Of a stretch of DNA of 64,000 bases, positions 14,216-27,404 are shown in pieces (the stretch's first letter is position 1; the number at the start of each line of letters is the position of its first letter). Origin of the DNA: Octopus vulgaris (taxonomy: Eukaryota); assembly GCA_951406725.2 (NCBI GenBank), contig OX597818.1, positions 76,818,001 to 76,882,000 on the forward strand, written 5' to 3'. The position numbers and the translations under genes are program-made. The notes below the pieces were generated by a model. That model ran no database searches and was not told where the DNA came from. It worked only from the letters and a program-made list of their open reading frames with translations.

Positions 14216-14449
14216 GTAACCATTTACTTTATTCCATTCACAAGTTTTGTTCATTATAGATTAACAGTCAAGGTTTTAGTGTAAATGTTATACATTACAA
14301 ACATTAATCTCAGACAGAGAAAAACTATAACAGTCAGCCTGCATGTATTTTCTCTTTCAAATTGGTGATTACTTTGATAATCATTTCTGTCAACACTCTT
14401 AGAAATCATTTATAATCATTTATAATTTTTTCATATTAAATAATAATGA

Positions 14450-15720
14450 GCTTATTGTATATTGTGCAACTCATCAGAAAAGGTTACAAAAAGGGAACAG
14501 ACAGTTTCATGAAGTCCAATAAAGAAAGACAACAATCAAAGCTAGAAGTTTATGAGTAGCCCACCAAACAAAACACAAGAAGACAGAAAAGTGAACAGTA
14601 AAAGAGCCATGAAGAGGAAAGGGTGCCTAGGCATGTCAGATGTTGGTGAATTTTGGGAATCCTGGAATATTTGAAGAATGCAGTTCCCTGACAGCCAACA
14701 TCTAGTTCAGATAGTTTATTCCATTTTTCAACAATTCTGAACATCAAAACATGTTTTCAAAAATCATGGGTGCTGCAATATTTTTTGATTTTATGAACAT
14801 GTCCATGAGTAGCAGATATGCCCTTCCTATGAGTTAAAAAAAAAAGGTGGCCACAGTTGTTGGATAATCATGTGGACTTTTATCACGTCATCTTCTAGAT
14901 GTCAATACTTTAGTGTGCCTGTGCTCAAAATATATGCAATATATTCAGTGACTGATAGAGGATATGAATATACATGGTGATCATTTTTACTGCAATCTTC
15001 AAATCTAGGTGAGACACGCGGCTATCTGTGTTGGACATTTATGAAATAACTTACCTAATTAACACCAAGTAAAACAAATAAGATGATTGTAGAGATGGTT
15101 TAGAACAATAGTTAAAATAATAGGAAAACGTTTTTGTTCCTTGTTTAAGGAATAGGAATGATAGGCACTGTATTGTAATAGTGACACAGTCCTCTAGCAA
15201 GCAAAATACATAGTAATTTTTTTTTTCTAACACCTAGTAGCTGACTTGATAGAAGCCCACAAGATTATCCACAATCATTCCAACTAGTTTGGCCACCTCT
15301 TTGAATTCAGTACCTCTACCCCTCTTGGTTATACTTATAAAATACAAAAAAAATTTAAATAGAACAGTGCAGTACCCATGACTTTCAGGAAATATTTTTA
15401 CATGCACAGAATTGTCAAAGCATGAAATAAATTACCTACATAAGTTGTTAGCTGTCATGACACTGCATCCTTCAAAAATTCTGTGCTTCCTAAAATTTAC
15501 CAACACCACTCATTACTTATTTATCTATGGACCCTTTCCTCTTTATGGCTCTTTTACTGTTCACTTTTCTGTCCTTTTATGTTTTATTCTGTGTACTATA
15601 CATGTACTTCTGGTTCTCATTGCTGTCTGTCTTTATTTGACTTATGGCTACTTTCTGTCCCCTCTTTTATCCTTTTCTGGTGAGTTGTAGTGCACACCTG
15701 AGCACTGTATACAATAAACT
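14450..15720. mobile_element. Two old CR1/L2-like LINE 3' fragments in opposite orientation
   Basis: 14450-15050(-) and 15240-15720(+) share catga...ttcagaattgt, gcatccttcaaa and tggctcttttactgttcacttttctgtc; the same tail occurs near 10555, 17250 and 41590. Confidence 0.65.
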
Positions 15721-16829
15721 CATGTTTTCTGCAGTGTGATAAAAACAGGGATTGTATCTTTTAATGTCTTAATTTGGTGCTTATGATATCTAATATCGAA
15801 TGTTTAATATCCCCACTGTTTAAAATTGATTTTATATCAAGATTTCTTGCTATAGATATAAATTTCTGTTGTGAAATCATGTTTTGTTATCCATATTTGC
15901 TTCAAGAAATGTTGGCCTCTCTTAAAATTACCAATCTGAATTTTTTTTTTTTTTTAATAAAAGAATTCCAAAATACCTGATTGTTATATTTTCTCTCACT
16001 TCAGTCCATCTCTTCTTCCTTTTAATACAACAGCTTCTACACATTTGAACTTAATGGTTTCATGTTACTGCCACCTATCTACATTTCTTTGTACCTCTTG
16101 CCTCTTCTCATACTCATTCTTTCAGAACAATCATTCACCTTAAAACTGCACCATTTTCTATTCAAGTATTCCCTCAATGAAACTGTAATAGTTCTAACTT
16201 TTGACAAACTTTCTGATTTTCCTCTCTCAAGAGATTCAATTGTTATAGGCACATCCTTTCAACTGCAGTATGATAAATAGCTTATCATCATCATCGTTTA
16301 GAGTCCATTTTCCATGCTAGCATGGGTTGGACGGTTCAACTGGGGTCTGTGAAGTCGGAAGGCTTCATCAGGCCTAACAGTAACCATTGTTCTATAAATG
16401 TTTAACATTTAAGACCAGGTTTCAATCACATTTTGAAACTATCTAGGATTTCTACAGTTTCACACTTTGGGAAGTTAAAAAAAATAAAAGAAGGTAATCA
16501 GTATTAAATCCAGTCTAATTTAATTTCAGATGTAGAATGATTGTATGTGTGACGGGGAGAGAGAGAGAGAGTTTTAACTAAATTCATATTATTGAATTAA
16601 ATTTGTGTATGTGGAAATGACATTGTAAGCAGAGAGTTACATTATCACATATTGTATTGTGTGCGTTTCATAATTCAGCAAAGGGAATCCAGATTTACTC
16701 ATCAGAAGAATTACAGTAGGATTGCTCACCCTAAGCAATCCTTGGTGCTTCTTACTATTTGATGTGGAACCTGGACTATACCTGAGAGCTCATGGTACCT
16801 CACTAGATAATTTATCCTTATATACTCAT

Positions 16830-16873
<44 letters not shown>

Positions 16874-16940
16874 TACACTTATATATATTTGTGTTTGTGT
16901 GTGCATGTATTTGATTGTCTTATCTGTTTGTTTATTTCAG

Positions 16941-17030
16941 AAACAAGTCAATAGCTATGAGTGTGAGCGACAAGCTGAGTTACAGCAGCAACAACACACA
17001 CTACATCTCCGACAGCAGCAATCAATTCAA
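16941..17030 (+). CDS. SIK3: SIK3 exon H (Q-rich, 90 nt, phase 0-0)
   Basis: tttcag|AAA...CAA|gtaagt; KQVNSYECERQAELQQQQHTLHLRQQQSIQ continues the Q-rich region. Confidence 0.82.
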
Positions 17031-18070
17031 GTAAGTTTGTCTCTCATCTGCAACGCACTTGCTCAAAACATTACATCTTCCTTTTCCCTCCTGACAACAA
17101 CACAATGATATATCACCACTACCTGTATTAATTGGTTGAATAAATGTACAATTTGACATAATGCTATTATTTTAATTCTATATTTCATCTGTGAAGTTCA
17201 CCATTTCTCTCTTCTGCTACTTCAGTCCAAGCCATTTCTGTATGCATCATTCCCTCTTTATGTCTCTTTTACTGCTCACTTTTATATTTCCTTGTGTTTT
17301 ATTTTGTGTACTATGTACATACTTGTAACCTTCATAGCTGTCTTTCGATACTTGATTTATGTCTGCTTTTCATCACCTCTTTTACCCTATTCCAACAAGC
17401 TGTTGTGTACCCAAACACTGTGTACTATATGTTTGTTCTTATATATGAATCAACGTAGGGAGCCTCTACATGTTCATTTGGTCTGTTAAATTTAATAGCA
17501 AAATCTCCTTCAAGCCACATGCTGCTTTCTCAAGAGATAATATAGTTTGAGATAACATGTACCTATGTAGGAAAAATATCAACTGATTAGAGATCAAACA
17601 TCTTACATAATAGTTCTCGTGAATCAAGACTAACCTGGGGCTTCAACAATAAGGAATGATGCTCGTGCAGGCAGACTTATTTATTTTAGTGTATGTACTT
17701 CTGATGCCATGTGTGCATCTAGCATCATATAAGTATATTGTATATTTGTGCAGGCACACATGTGGCTGTGTGGTAAGAAGCTTACTTCCTAACCACATGG
17801 TTCTGGGTTCAGTCCCACTATGTGACCCCCTAGGACAAGTGTCTTCTACTATAGCCTCAGGCCAACCAAAGCCCTGTGAGTGGATTTTGTAGACAGAAAC
17901 TGAAAGAAACCAATTGTATGTGTGTGCATGCATGCATGTATCTGTGTTGATCCCCCACCACTGCTTGACAACTGGTACTGGTGTATGTCCCCATAACATC
18001 AGTCTAATAACTGAAGCCAGTAAAAGATAAAAGTTATGTTGTGTGTGTGTGTACATATATATATATATAT

Positions 18071-18716
18071 CGAGGTGGTGAAGCACGACCTTCGAACTTT
18101 AGGTCTCACCGAGGAAATGACTAGAGACCGAGACCTTTGGAAGTATGCTGTGCGTGAGAAGACCCGGCAGGACAAGTGAGGCCATAACCCATGGCCTCAG
18201 TCCACTTATGCATACCTTTCCTTCTTGGGACACAAAACTCTACTTGTGAAGACCTGTTGAGGCAAGTGAAAATCAAAATCGATCAACATCAATGGAAATT
18301 GTAGCTGTGATACCAGTGCCGGTGGCACATAAGAGAACCATCCGAACGTGGCCATTTCCAGCGCTGCCTCCGTGCCAGTGGCACGTAAAAAGCACCATCC
18401 AATCGTGCCAGCGCTGCCTCTGTGCCAGTGGCACGTAAAAAGCACCATCCAATCGTGGCCTCGCCTGGCCTCCGTGCCGGTGGCACGTAAAAGGCACTGT
18501 CCGATCGTGGCCATTGCCAGCCTCACCTGGCCTCCGTGCCGGTGGCACGTAAAAAGCACCCACTACACTCTTGGAGTAGTTGGCGTTAGGAAGGGCATCC
18601 AGCCATAGAAACATTGCCAGATGAGACTGGGCCTGGTGCAGCCTTCTGGCTTCCCAGACCCCAGTTGAACCGTCCAACCCATGCCAGCATGGAAAGCGGA
18701 TGCTAAATGATGATGA
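18071..18716 (+). mobile_element. 5'-truncated RTE-clade LINE (ORF C-terminus + 3' UTR + (GAT)n tail)
   Basis: EVVKHDLRTLGLTEEMTRDRDLWKYAVREKTRQDK* (stop 18177-18179) is a typical RTE ORF end; the UTR has tandem gtggcacgtaaaaagcacc units and ends ccatgccagcatggaaagcgga...gatgatgat. Other 3' ends near 13203, 16283, 25752, 36815, 43005-43168, 47258-47629, 47882-48142, 58850, 63785. Confidence 0.8.
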
Positions 18717-18776
18717 TATATATATATATATATATGTACACACACACACAACATAACTTTTATCTTTTTATATGTA

Positions 18777-18811
<35 letters not shown>

Positions 18812-19037
18812 GAAAGAGAAAGAGAAGTGAGTGTAAAATCATAGATGTCTAAAAATTTCATCCACATAAAATCTTTGTTTTTTGCGCTTTTAACAGAAAA
18901 CTGATTTTTTTTTTTAATTACTTAAAATACAGAACAACACACACAGATATCTGGTGTGTGTTGTTTTTTGAATACTTATAGACATATATGCCTACACATG
19001 TTTGTGCTTATCAATCTGTTTTCTTATTTAATTTCAG

Positions 19038-20042
19038 CAACAACAGATGCCTAGTCTTTCCCATTCTCCAGTGCCTTCCCCACCGCTTCCTTCCCAAACC
19101 ACTGGTTCAGATAATTTACCAGCAAACCTGAACAACCGTTTCCAAAGACTACACTTACAACAACACTGTGTGCCAACAGGGACAAGTGGTGTTATATCAT
19201 TTAATTCAGGGACACAGTCCAACTACAACATGTTAATGAGGTCATTGACTAGTTCAGAAACATTACCTACACAGTCATACTCCCCTCATTTAGTTCAGAA
19301 CCTCCAGCGGATACTTGAAGACACAACAGACACTCAGACAGCAGCTGAAGACATGCAAATTCAGGAATCGCAGATACTATCCCATCAAGACTTACACCAG
19401 AGACTATTTTCTCAGACACCTCAAATCAGCATCACAGACACCTATGGAAACACAGATGTAATGTCTTCAGACAATGACCTCGACATCCCCAAAGAAAGCA
19501 GTAGAGTATCCCCCAACTATACTTCATTCTCAACGAGCACCAACACCACTTCTGTTTATTCAGTGACGTCTGCTGTGAGCTGTAAACCCACTTATGTCGC
19601 ACCAAAATACATCAATACTAACCTTACCAAAATTCAACATGATTTGGACAATGAACAGATTCCATTCAAGTCTTCATTGCATTCACAAAACTGGGAGAAA
19701 TGTTACCATGACACCAACATGTTCAACTGGTGTTCAAATCAAATCAACTCCTCAAACTCTGTCTACAGGTTAAATCAAACACGCTACTGGCGGAACCACG
19801 CAATAACTAGTCCCATCGAGGCCTACAATAAGTGTTCGTATTCATTGAAAAACGAGCCTTTATTCCCAAGCCTTGATCAAGAATTCTCAACTCAAAACTG
19901 TTTAAACAATGTGAGTTCTGTTGCGAATCACACGTTTATGAGTAACATGTCGCCTTCCAATGAAAATTGCTTCAAAATTAGTGATAAATCTTATGAAACT
20001 GTACCTCTCATTGTTGGTGATGGTAAACTTTTCTCTGGTGGT

Positions 20043-20074
<32 letters not shown>

Positions 20075-20351
20075 CCAGCAGCACAGTCCTGTATCTACAA
20101 TATCTTTAAATACAAAGAAAAATACTCAAGAGATTCTGTCTGAAATCAAACGTACACTAGATAATCAAACTTCAGAAATCAGTTACCAGTGTTCTCAGAA
20201 TCTATTTCAGTTAGAGAACAGTGGTGTTCAAATAGAGCTAGAAGTCTATGAGAATGGTGGGGTGAATGGACTACAAGTGCGTAGAATATCTGGGGACTCA
20301 ACACATTACGAAAAAATTTGTTCTGAGCTTCTGAGCTGTATGAATCTGTAG
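19038..20351 (+). CDS. SIK3: SIK3 terminal coding exon (S/T/Q-rich region, poly-His, KA1-like C-terminus)
   Basis: tttcag|CAA; 1314-nt open frame ending in TAG at 20349-20351. The nine exons total 2619 nt (872 aa + stop). Confidence 0.88.
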
Positions 20352-20419
20352 ATTATATGTTTCTCACAAAATCTCTCTCTCACTCTCTCTTTCTCACTCT
20401 CTCTTTCTCACTCTCTCTT

Positions 20420-20478
<59 letters not shown>

Positions 20479-21492
20479 ATCTGTATCTCTCTTATACAGC
20501 CTTATTTCTTTTTTGTTTACTTTTTGGTTTATCTCAAAAATTTTTATATTTTATTTTCATTTTGTACATTTTTTCATTCTTCTTATAAATAAATCTATAT
20601 GACCTCCTTCATTTTTTTTATTTTATCACCTCTCTTTCTCTCTCTCTCTCTCTCTCTCGTACGCGCGCACACACACACACACACACACAAGGTCAACTAC
20701 TTCCTTACTGACTATATATGCAAACACACACACACACAGTATATTTTAGTTAACGTTTAAAACAATGCCATTTCAACCTAATATTATATTTTCAAAACTA
20801 TTTTAATTCTTTTTCTCAACTAAAACAGAATTTTCTTTCAGATATTTTCTTTAAAGAATGAAGAAAAAAGCACACATGCACAGGTACATACCCACATATA
20901 CCTACACATACAGGTATATGCCACCTTGCATGCACATATCTACTGGCACAGGTAACTCAACACACATACACTCTCTCATAATTTAGTGTGGCAGTGTGTT
21001 TGGGTTAATACACAAAGGTTTTAGTTTGGATCAAAATATACTACCCAATCCCACTCCCTACTATCATTTACAGAACTGGTAACTGACCAATTTCAACCAT
21101 TTCTGTTACATTTCAGCCAACGACCAGTAGAATTTTAAGGATATCTAGGCTTAAATCTGAGCTTCTTAAATAGTAGTTGTGTAATACAAGTCTATTGCAG
21201 GATAGGTATGTGTTTTTACATCTAAACACACACACACACATGCATATAGTGTGTGTGTGTTTGTATGTCTGCATGCATGTGTACTGGGCATCCAACCACA
21301 GAAAATTTACAAATTCTATCTGATCCATGCAAATATGGCAAAATAGAAGTCAAATGATATAAGGATGAGTGTCTGTGTGTATTAGTGCTTTTTTTCTTAT
21401 ATCCAATTATATATAAAAGCAAAAACAATTTATATTAAACTGAAGGATTATTCAACACTTTTTAGTTGTAGACATATTCATTACCTTTTGCA

Positions 21493-21593
21493 GGGAAAAG
21501 GTTGACAGTAACTTCAAAGTTTCCACTTGCTTGCCTTCATCAGACAGTCTAATGAAAGCAAGCCAAAACTTTAGAGTCATTGTCAATCTTTCC
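21493..21593. ncRNA. Inverted pair of degenerate type-I hammerhead-like motifs (hairpin)
   Basis: Arms pair around 21546; each arm reads stemI-CUGAUGA-stemII-GAAAC-stemIII-GUH-stemI with substitutions (see findings). Confidence 0.55.
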
Positions 21594-24500
21594 TTTATAG
21601 AAATTCACATGCACACATATACACATACATACTTCATATATATGTACATACATGTGAACATAACATATGTGTGGTGGTGGGAAGACACATTCACACACCA
21701 TCTTTAGTGCTGTAGAGAACTTTTCTCAAATGTTGAATCAAATACTTTTCTGTTAAAATGTTTCTTGCTCCTTTGGTCACTGTAGAATCCTTGGTTCTTG
21801 ACCACTTTACAGCTAAACACAAGGTCTCATTCATAGCATCTATTTTGGGTATTTCTAACTGTGTTAGAGATGAACACTTGTAATTAAACAACTTCAGCTC
21901 TGTGTGAGCAGTGACGATAGCAGTAGTAGTAATTAAGTTTTATGTGGTTCAAAGATAATTTTTTTACTGGAATATGTTTTATTTGCATTGCTAGGTTGAA
22001 GTATGAATTTATTGTCTGTCATGAATAAGAAGAGAACATAAATACAGATTACAACACTGATTTTCCAACAACAGATGATCTGGTATCTCTTTTAATTCCG
22101 TCAAATATTAAATAAGGTCACTAAAATTTTTCTATGATCATTATTAATAACTTTTTTGCCACTAAGCTTTCACAACATACATTTGTTTATTCACTAGATA
22201 TATGTGATGAAGGTGGAAACACTCTCTTTATGTCTAACTCAAATTATATAAAGATACAAATATTTATAAATAAATCTAACATCCTAGGGAGCCTCTCTCT
22301 TTCTTTCTCAAGAACAAGTTAACTTACCTTTATTGTGGAAAACAGTATCCCAGCATGTAAGAGGAAATGGTAAATGTATGCACTTCACAGTTACAAGAGA
22401 GGATTCATCGGGTGCCCTGTAGTTGCAAGGTTAATGCTTGGCATTGGATTTTTGTTTTAAATATTTGCACCTTCATATTATCCAACTTCATTACAAGTTT
22501 CTAGTGAATAACCAAAGATATGTCGCAAAGGTTTAACAGTTAAGAAGTTTACAATAAATAATGTTGCAGCATTTATTCAGAATTACTATCACGTGACTTC
22601 TTTTAATTCTTCAAAATGGATAATCTAGCATGGGTCTGGAATCAAGGGTGCTGGAAAATTAGTAGGGGACTGTTTTACAGTCATTAACTATTTACTCATA
22701 TTAATTAGTTTTTATTTTAAATCTTATCACTTTTTTATTCTTTTACAAAGAAACTTGAAGGACCCTGTGTAAATGTTTAAATAATTACACGTGTATGTAT
22801 ATAAGTGGTTTGTATGTATGAGCATACAGCTGTTTGTTAAGATGGTAATCAATCAATCCAAAAAAAAAAAGAAATTATATTATGAATTGTATATTACAGA
22901 GATGTGATGTTTTCATTAACAGCTATGTAACTAATTAATCTCTATTCATGCATGTATTAACTGGTCGAGATATTTGACAAGTTGAAAACCTGATTCTAAC
23001 CTTTGTAGACCAACTGTGTAGGGTCAGTGTTCTCATTGTTGTTCATTGTTGACTGTCCTGTATGCTTAATGGTTGAATGAGGGAGATATACTGCACTAAC
23101 AAAGTGTTTATAGGTTCGATCCTACTGCATGGCTCTTTGGGCAAATGTCTTCTGCAATAGCCCCAGTTGAACAAAGTGCTTAGAGTGGGATTTGATAGAC
23201 AGCTTGGTTATGATTGAGAATGGGAATATAAGTTGTGAGGAGCTAGATATGATTGTGTAATGAGTTGTGTTCCTGCTTGGTTCAGCAACATACTCTAAGT
23301 TGTGTTAATGTGTAGAGGATAGAGAACTATTTTGGATAATGTAAGAAGTATAGAGGGTTATAGCTGGAAAGAGTTGGTGTGGGATGGTCTAATTATTATA
23401 GAGTTGGGTGTGAAGTGATGTTGGTATCATAGGCGGTGTGGGTTAGTTCTAGTGTTACAGAAATGTGCTGGATGTCAATATCATAGAGGTGGGTGTAATC
23501 TGGTATCAATATCAGAGATTGGTGTTATTGAAGTAAACTGTATATGTATATACATGTAGAGAGGAAGTGTGTCAGTCCTTAGATGCCCCTCTCTACATTG
23601 CTAAAGTGGGTATGTTAGGGAAAGAGATAGAGCTCAATTAAATGATATTGTGATGTAGTTATCTTCCAGTTCAGGTGATTAATGTAAAAGGATCCCCTTG
23701 ATGGTCATCTTTGCTACAAGCAATCACCTGCCATTGTTAAATATGGTAAAAGATTGTGCTGATGTGAAGGTGTCCAGTGACCTATACTTTCTAGAAACTA
23801 TATTATTGTTGGTCAGTGTATTGGTGTTAAGTGTGAGAATGATTGATGATTGACTACTAATCTCCCATTGAATCTAAGACCATTTGAGTAGATCAAGCTC
23901 ATTTGGACAGTAACTACTGTTCTATTTGATGTACTATTAGCCAAAATACTAATGGCCACATTAATTGCAATAAACTGTTAATATATGTATTTATCAATAG
24001 CCATCTGTGATGGTAGAAATATTGTAATTAATAGTAATTCTATGCATTTATATAAACACATGTACATCTTATAAGCTAGTGGTAGTTTGTTAGTGTCACA
24101 CTAATAGTAATATGCTGTGTTTAGTAGTCCAGTAGTAACTGTCATGCTAGTGATTATATTTAATATTGTGGTAATGTAAATATAGTATTGTAGTACTTTA
24201 GTAAGTACCATAGTAACTGGCAATATAATCATATGATCATAGCCTGTTGGTAGTGTAATATAGTATTGTTGTACCATACATAGATAGAATTAGCTGTGAA
24301 AGTCTGTTAGAACTTGTCACATTGACTGTAGTTCAGATTACAGTAAGTAATTGTTAGGTCATAACTACAGGTACAACACTGATTTTCTGGAACTGTTGGC
24401 TCCTAAGCTTTTTTGGATTACTGATTTTTCTTAACCAGGAGTCATCACCTTCATCGACTCACTCTAAGTTAAACAAATATTAAATTTACTTAGATAATAA

Positions 24501-26764
24501 AATGAAGGTACCTATTCATTAGTGTAACTGCTACAAGTTTATTAATACTGTACTGCATCAAGTACCGATAAATTAGTCTGGCAGCCATGGGAATTTGAAA
24601 CTCCTGCTTGTAAATTAGTGCAGATTATAAGAGGTTCTGGACCATCAGTACATAAAAAGTCAATGTTGTACCTATAATAGCTAAATAGAAAAGGACTTCC
24701 TGCTTAGATAAACAGCTTTGTCTTTATTGATCAAACAACTTCACAGATCAAACAGCTTCATTGATCTATCTATCTTTACAGATCTATTTTTACACAAATC
24801 AAACAGCTTCATTGATCTGTTTTCATTGACCTCTCTTCAATAAAGACAGACAAATATTATCTCTAGGAGCAGTGAGACTATTCCAATGAATTTCCACTCA
24901 ATTAGTTGTTAAATGTGTGTTGAAAATACCAGTAGAAAGTATAAAAATGTTTTACTCCTCAAGGGGCCAATGTGAGATATATTCATTTATAAAGGCAAAC
25001 TATGAGCAAAGGAATAGTTGAGACAGTGAGAGAGTGATTGTGTGTGTATGTGTGTATATATATATATATATATACACACACATATATATTTCTGTTAATA
25101 TTTAGCAGAAGCAACAGAGTGGCTCAAGTGCCAATGCATGAAACTCTCAACCCTTGAGTCACTCTGTTGCTTCTGCCACATATTAATAAAAATGTGTGTG
25201 TGTGTGTGTATATGTATATATAATTCTAATTCTTCTCCCCTCCTCTTCAACGTTCCCTCTCTCTCATTCTTCCTCCTTGACTCTCTTGTTGTTAACACGT
25301 GCCCAACAGCTATCTATCTTTCTTTCACTTCCTTCCAAAAGACAAGACGTGCTTTTGCCTGTCTCTTCTCAAAGCTCATTTTTCCAACGTTCACCACTTC
25401 ACCTCATTATGGCTTAACAACCCTCATCGTTTGTTTTTACTGTTTTGTTCTTACTGTCCTATTTTTGTTACCACTTTAACCCTCCGCAAAAAATCCCAAA
25501 TTTTATTTAATTTGCCTTGCGGGAAGCACTATTTTAACGAAGTCACATCTTGTCCCTACCTTCGAAATGTGGAATAGATAAAATGGGGGACAACTGATGA
25601 AGAGAATGTTCTTTATGTTGCCTGTCTCATTTCTCTATTTGTTTCTTTCATTGTTCGGAAAAAGTTTATTTTCCATGCTTTTGTTTTTTATGTTCCCGTT
25701 TCTCATTTTGTTCATGTTTTTTTGACATCCTGTACCCATGTTTGCAAGTATATCATCATCATCATCATCGTTTAACGTCCGTTTTCCGCGCTGGCACGGG
25801 TTGGACGGTTTCGACCGGGGTCTGGGGAGCTCGGGACTGCCCCAGGCTCCAGTCTAGTCTGGCAGTGTTTCTACAGCTGGATGCCCTTCCTAACGCCAAC
25901 CACTCCGCGAGTGTAGTGGGTGTTTTTTATGTAGGCATGTACATTTATGTGTGTATATATGCATATATTTATAGTAATATATATATATATAGGCAGTGGT
26001 ATATAATTGAAGTATTCCATAAAGCTCAGTAGTTATTTAAAACAAATATAAACACTGCAGCCTGATCCCAAATTTGTTCAACTTTTCAAGGTTCACTTTC
26101 AAATATTCACTAGTGTTCACTTTATTTTTTTTTTACTACATTTACCCTGCATCAGTGCATGTGTACATATTGGTCTGTCATCAGTGTGACTGTGTATGTA
26201 TGTGTGTGTGTTATAGGATAACTAAGGGTCATCTCACTGTTTTATTGTGATCACACTATGGTGGTCCTCCATCTTGTGCTCCACCGTGACAGATCCTGTC
26301 TCAATCCATAAAGAGTTTTTCCTTGCCAACAATCAACATAACTTCATCATCATCATCATCAACAACAACAAAACAGAACTATTGTAAATTGTCAGTTCTT
26401 TAGATAACAACAAAACTTATGAACTGACTTTTTGTGTAAAAATCAGAAACATACATACACATGTATAAAACTTGGGTTTAACTGACATAATGAGTGAGTA
26501 AGGGAGGAGAGAGAAGATAATTTGTCTTATCAAATATTTTTGTCTTTTGAAGGTCAAAGGTGAAGGAGAAATAAAAATGATGTATTACATAGTCAAAGTG
26601 TAGTCATTTAAATCCCCACATTAGTATATGACTGGTACATAGTTTATATATATATAATGTATATTTAAAAAAAACACTCATACACATACAGAACCACATG
26701 CATTACACACACTCATATACATACTCTTTCCCTCTCTCTCTCTCTCTCTCTCTCACTCTCTCTC

Positions 26765-26800
<36 letters not shown>

Positions 26801-26885
26801 ACTTTCACACACACACAAATATATTTTATTGCCAGTTGCCGATCCGCCACATTTTCCAACAAAATCTCTTAAGATCAAACAGCTG

Positions 26886-26919
<34 letters not shown>

Positions 26920-27404
26920 AAATAATGATAATAATAATCTAGGTCTGGAATGGGTTTGTTTCAGAGGTAAATCTAATTGGAGTAACATAAAATGAAATAA
27001 ATGAATCTGGGTTAAACCACTGAGAAAATAATGTAAATAAGGAGAATATAATTTTTCTACTTGTATTTATTTTATATCATAAACTCTAGAACCATATTTG
27101 ACCCACAGATCTGTTATCTCCTCTACCTATCTATTCTACCACAACTACATTGACTTCTGTTCCTCTATACTGCTTTACTGCATCCCTATCCTGCTCCACC
27201 AAACACATTTGTCTTTACTCCAACTCCTCCTCCCCTCATTACATTTCCTCTCTTCATCTCTTACCACTTTCTCCCATTCTTTCTTATACAGAATATTGGT
27301 CCTCTGGAATCCTCCTCATTTTTTTCCCCAGTCGGCACTGACTGTAAGTGGGTAAGGGTTCCTGCAAAGGCCAGGGTCACAATCTTCCACTCCTTTCCTC
27401 TTCT

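Noticed and set aside
18206-18754. Cluster of overlapping 60-158 aa ORFs (also 51276-51604)
   Set aside because: They arise from GC-richer tandem units in the RTE 3' UTR and are not genes.
25590-25640. ctgatgaagag...ctt hammerhead-like start (also tcatcag near 7937)
   Set aside because: No properly placed GAAA or stem III; at most a decayed pLTR.
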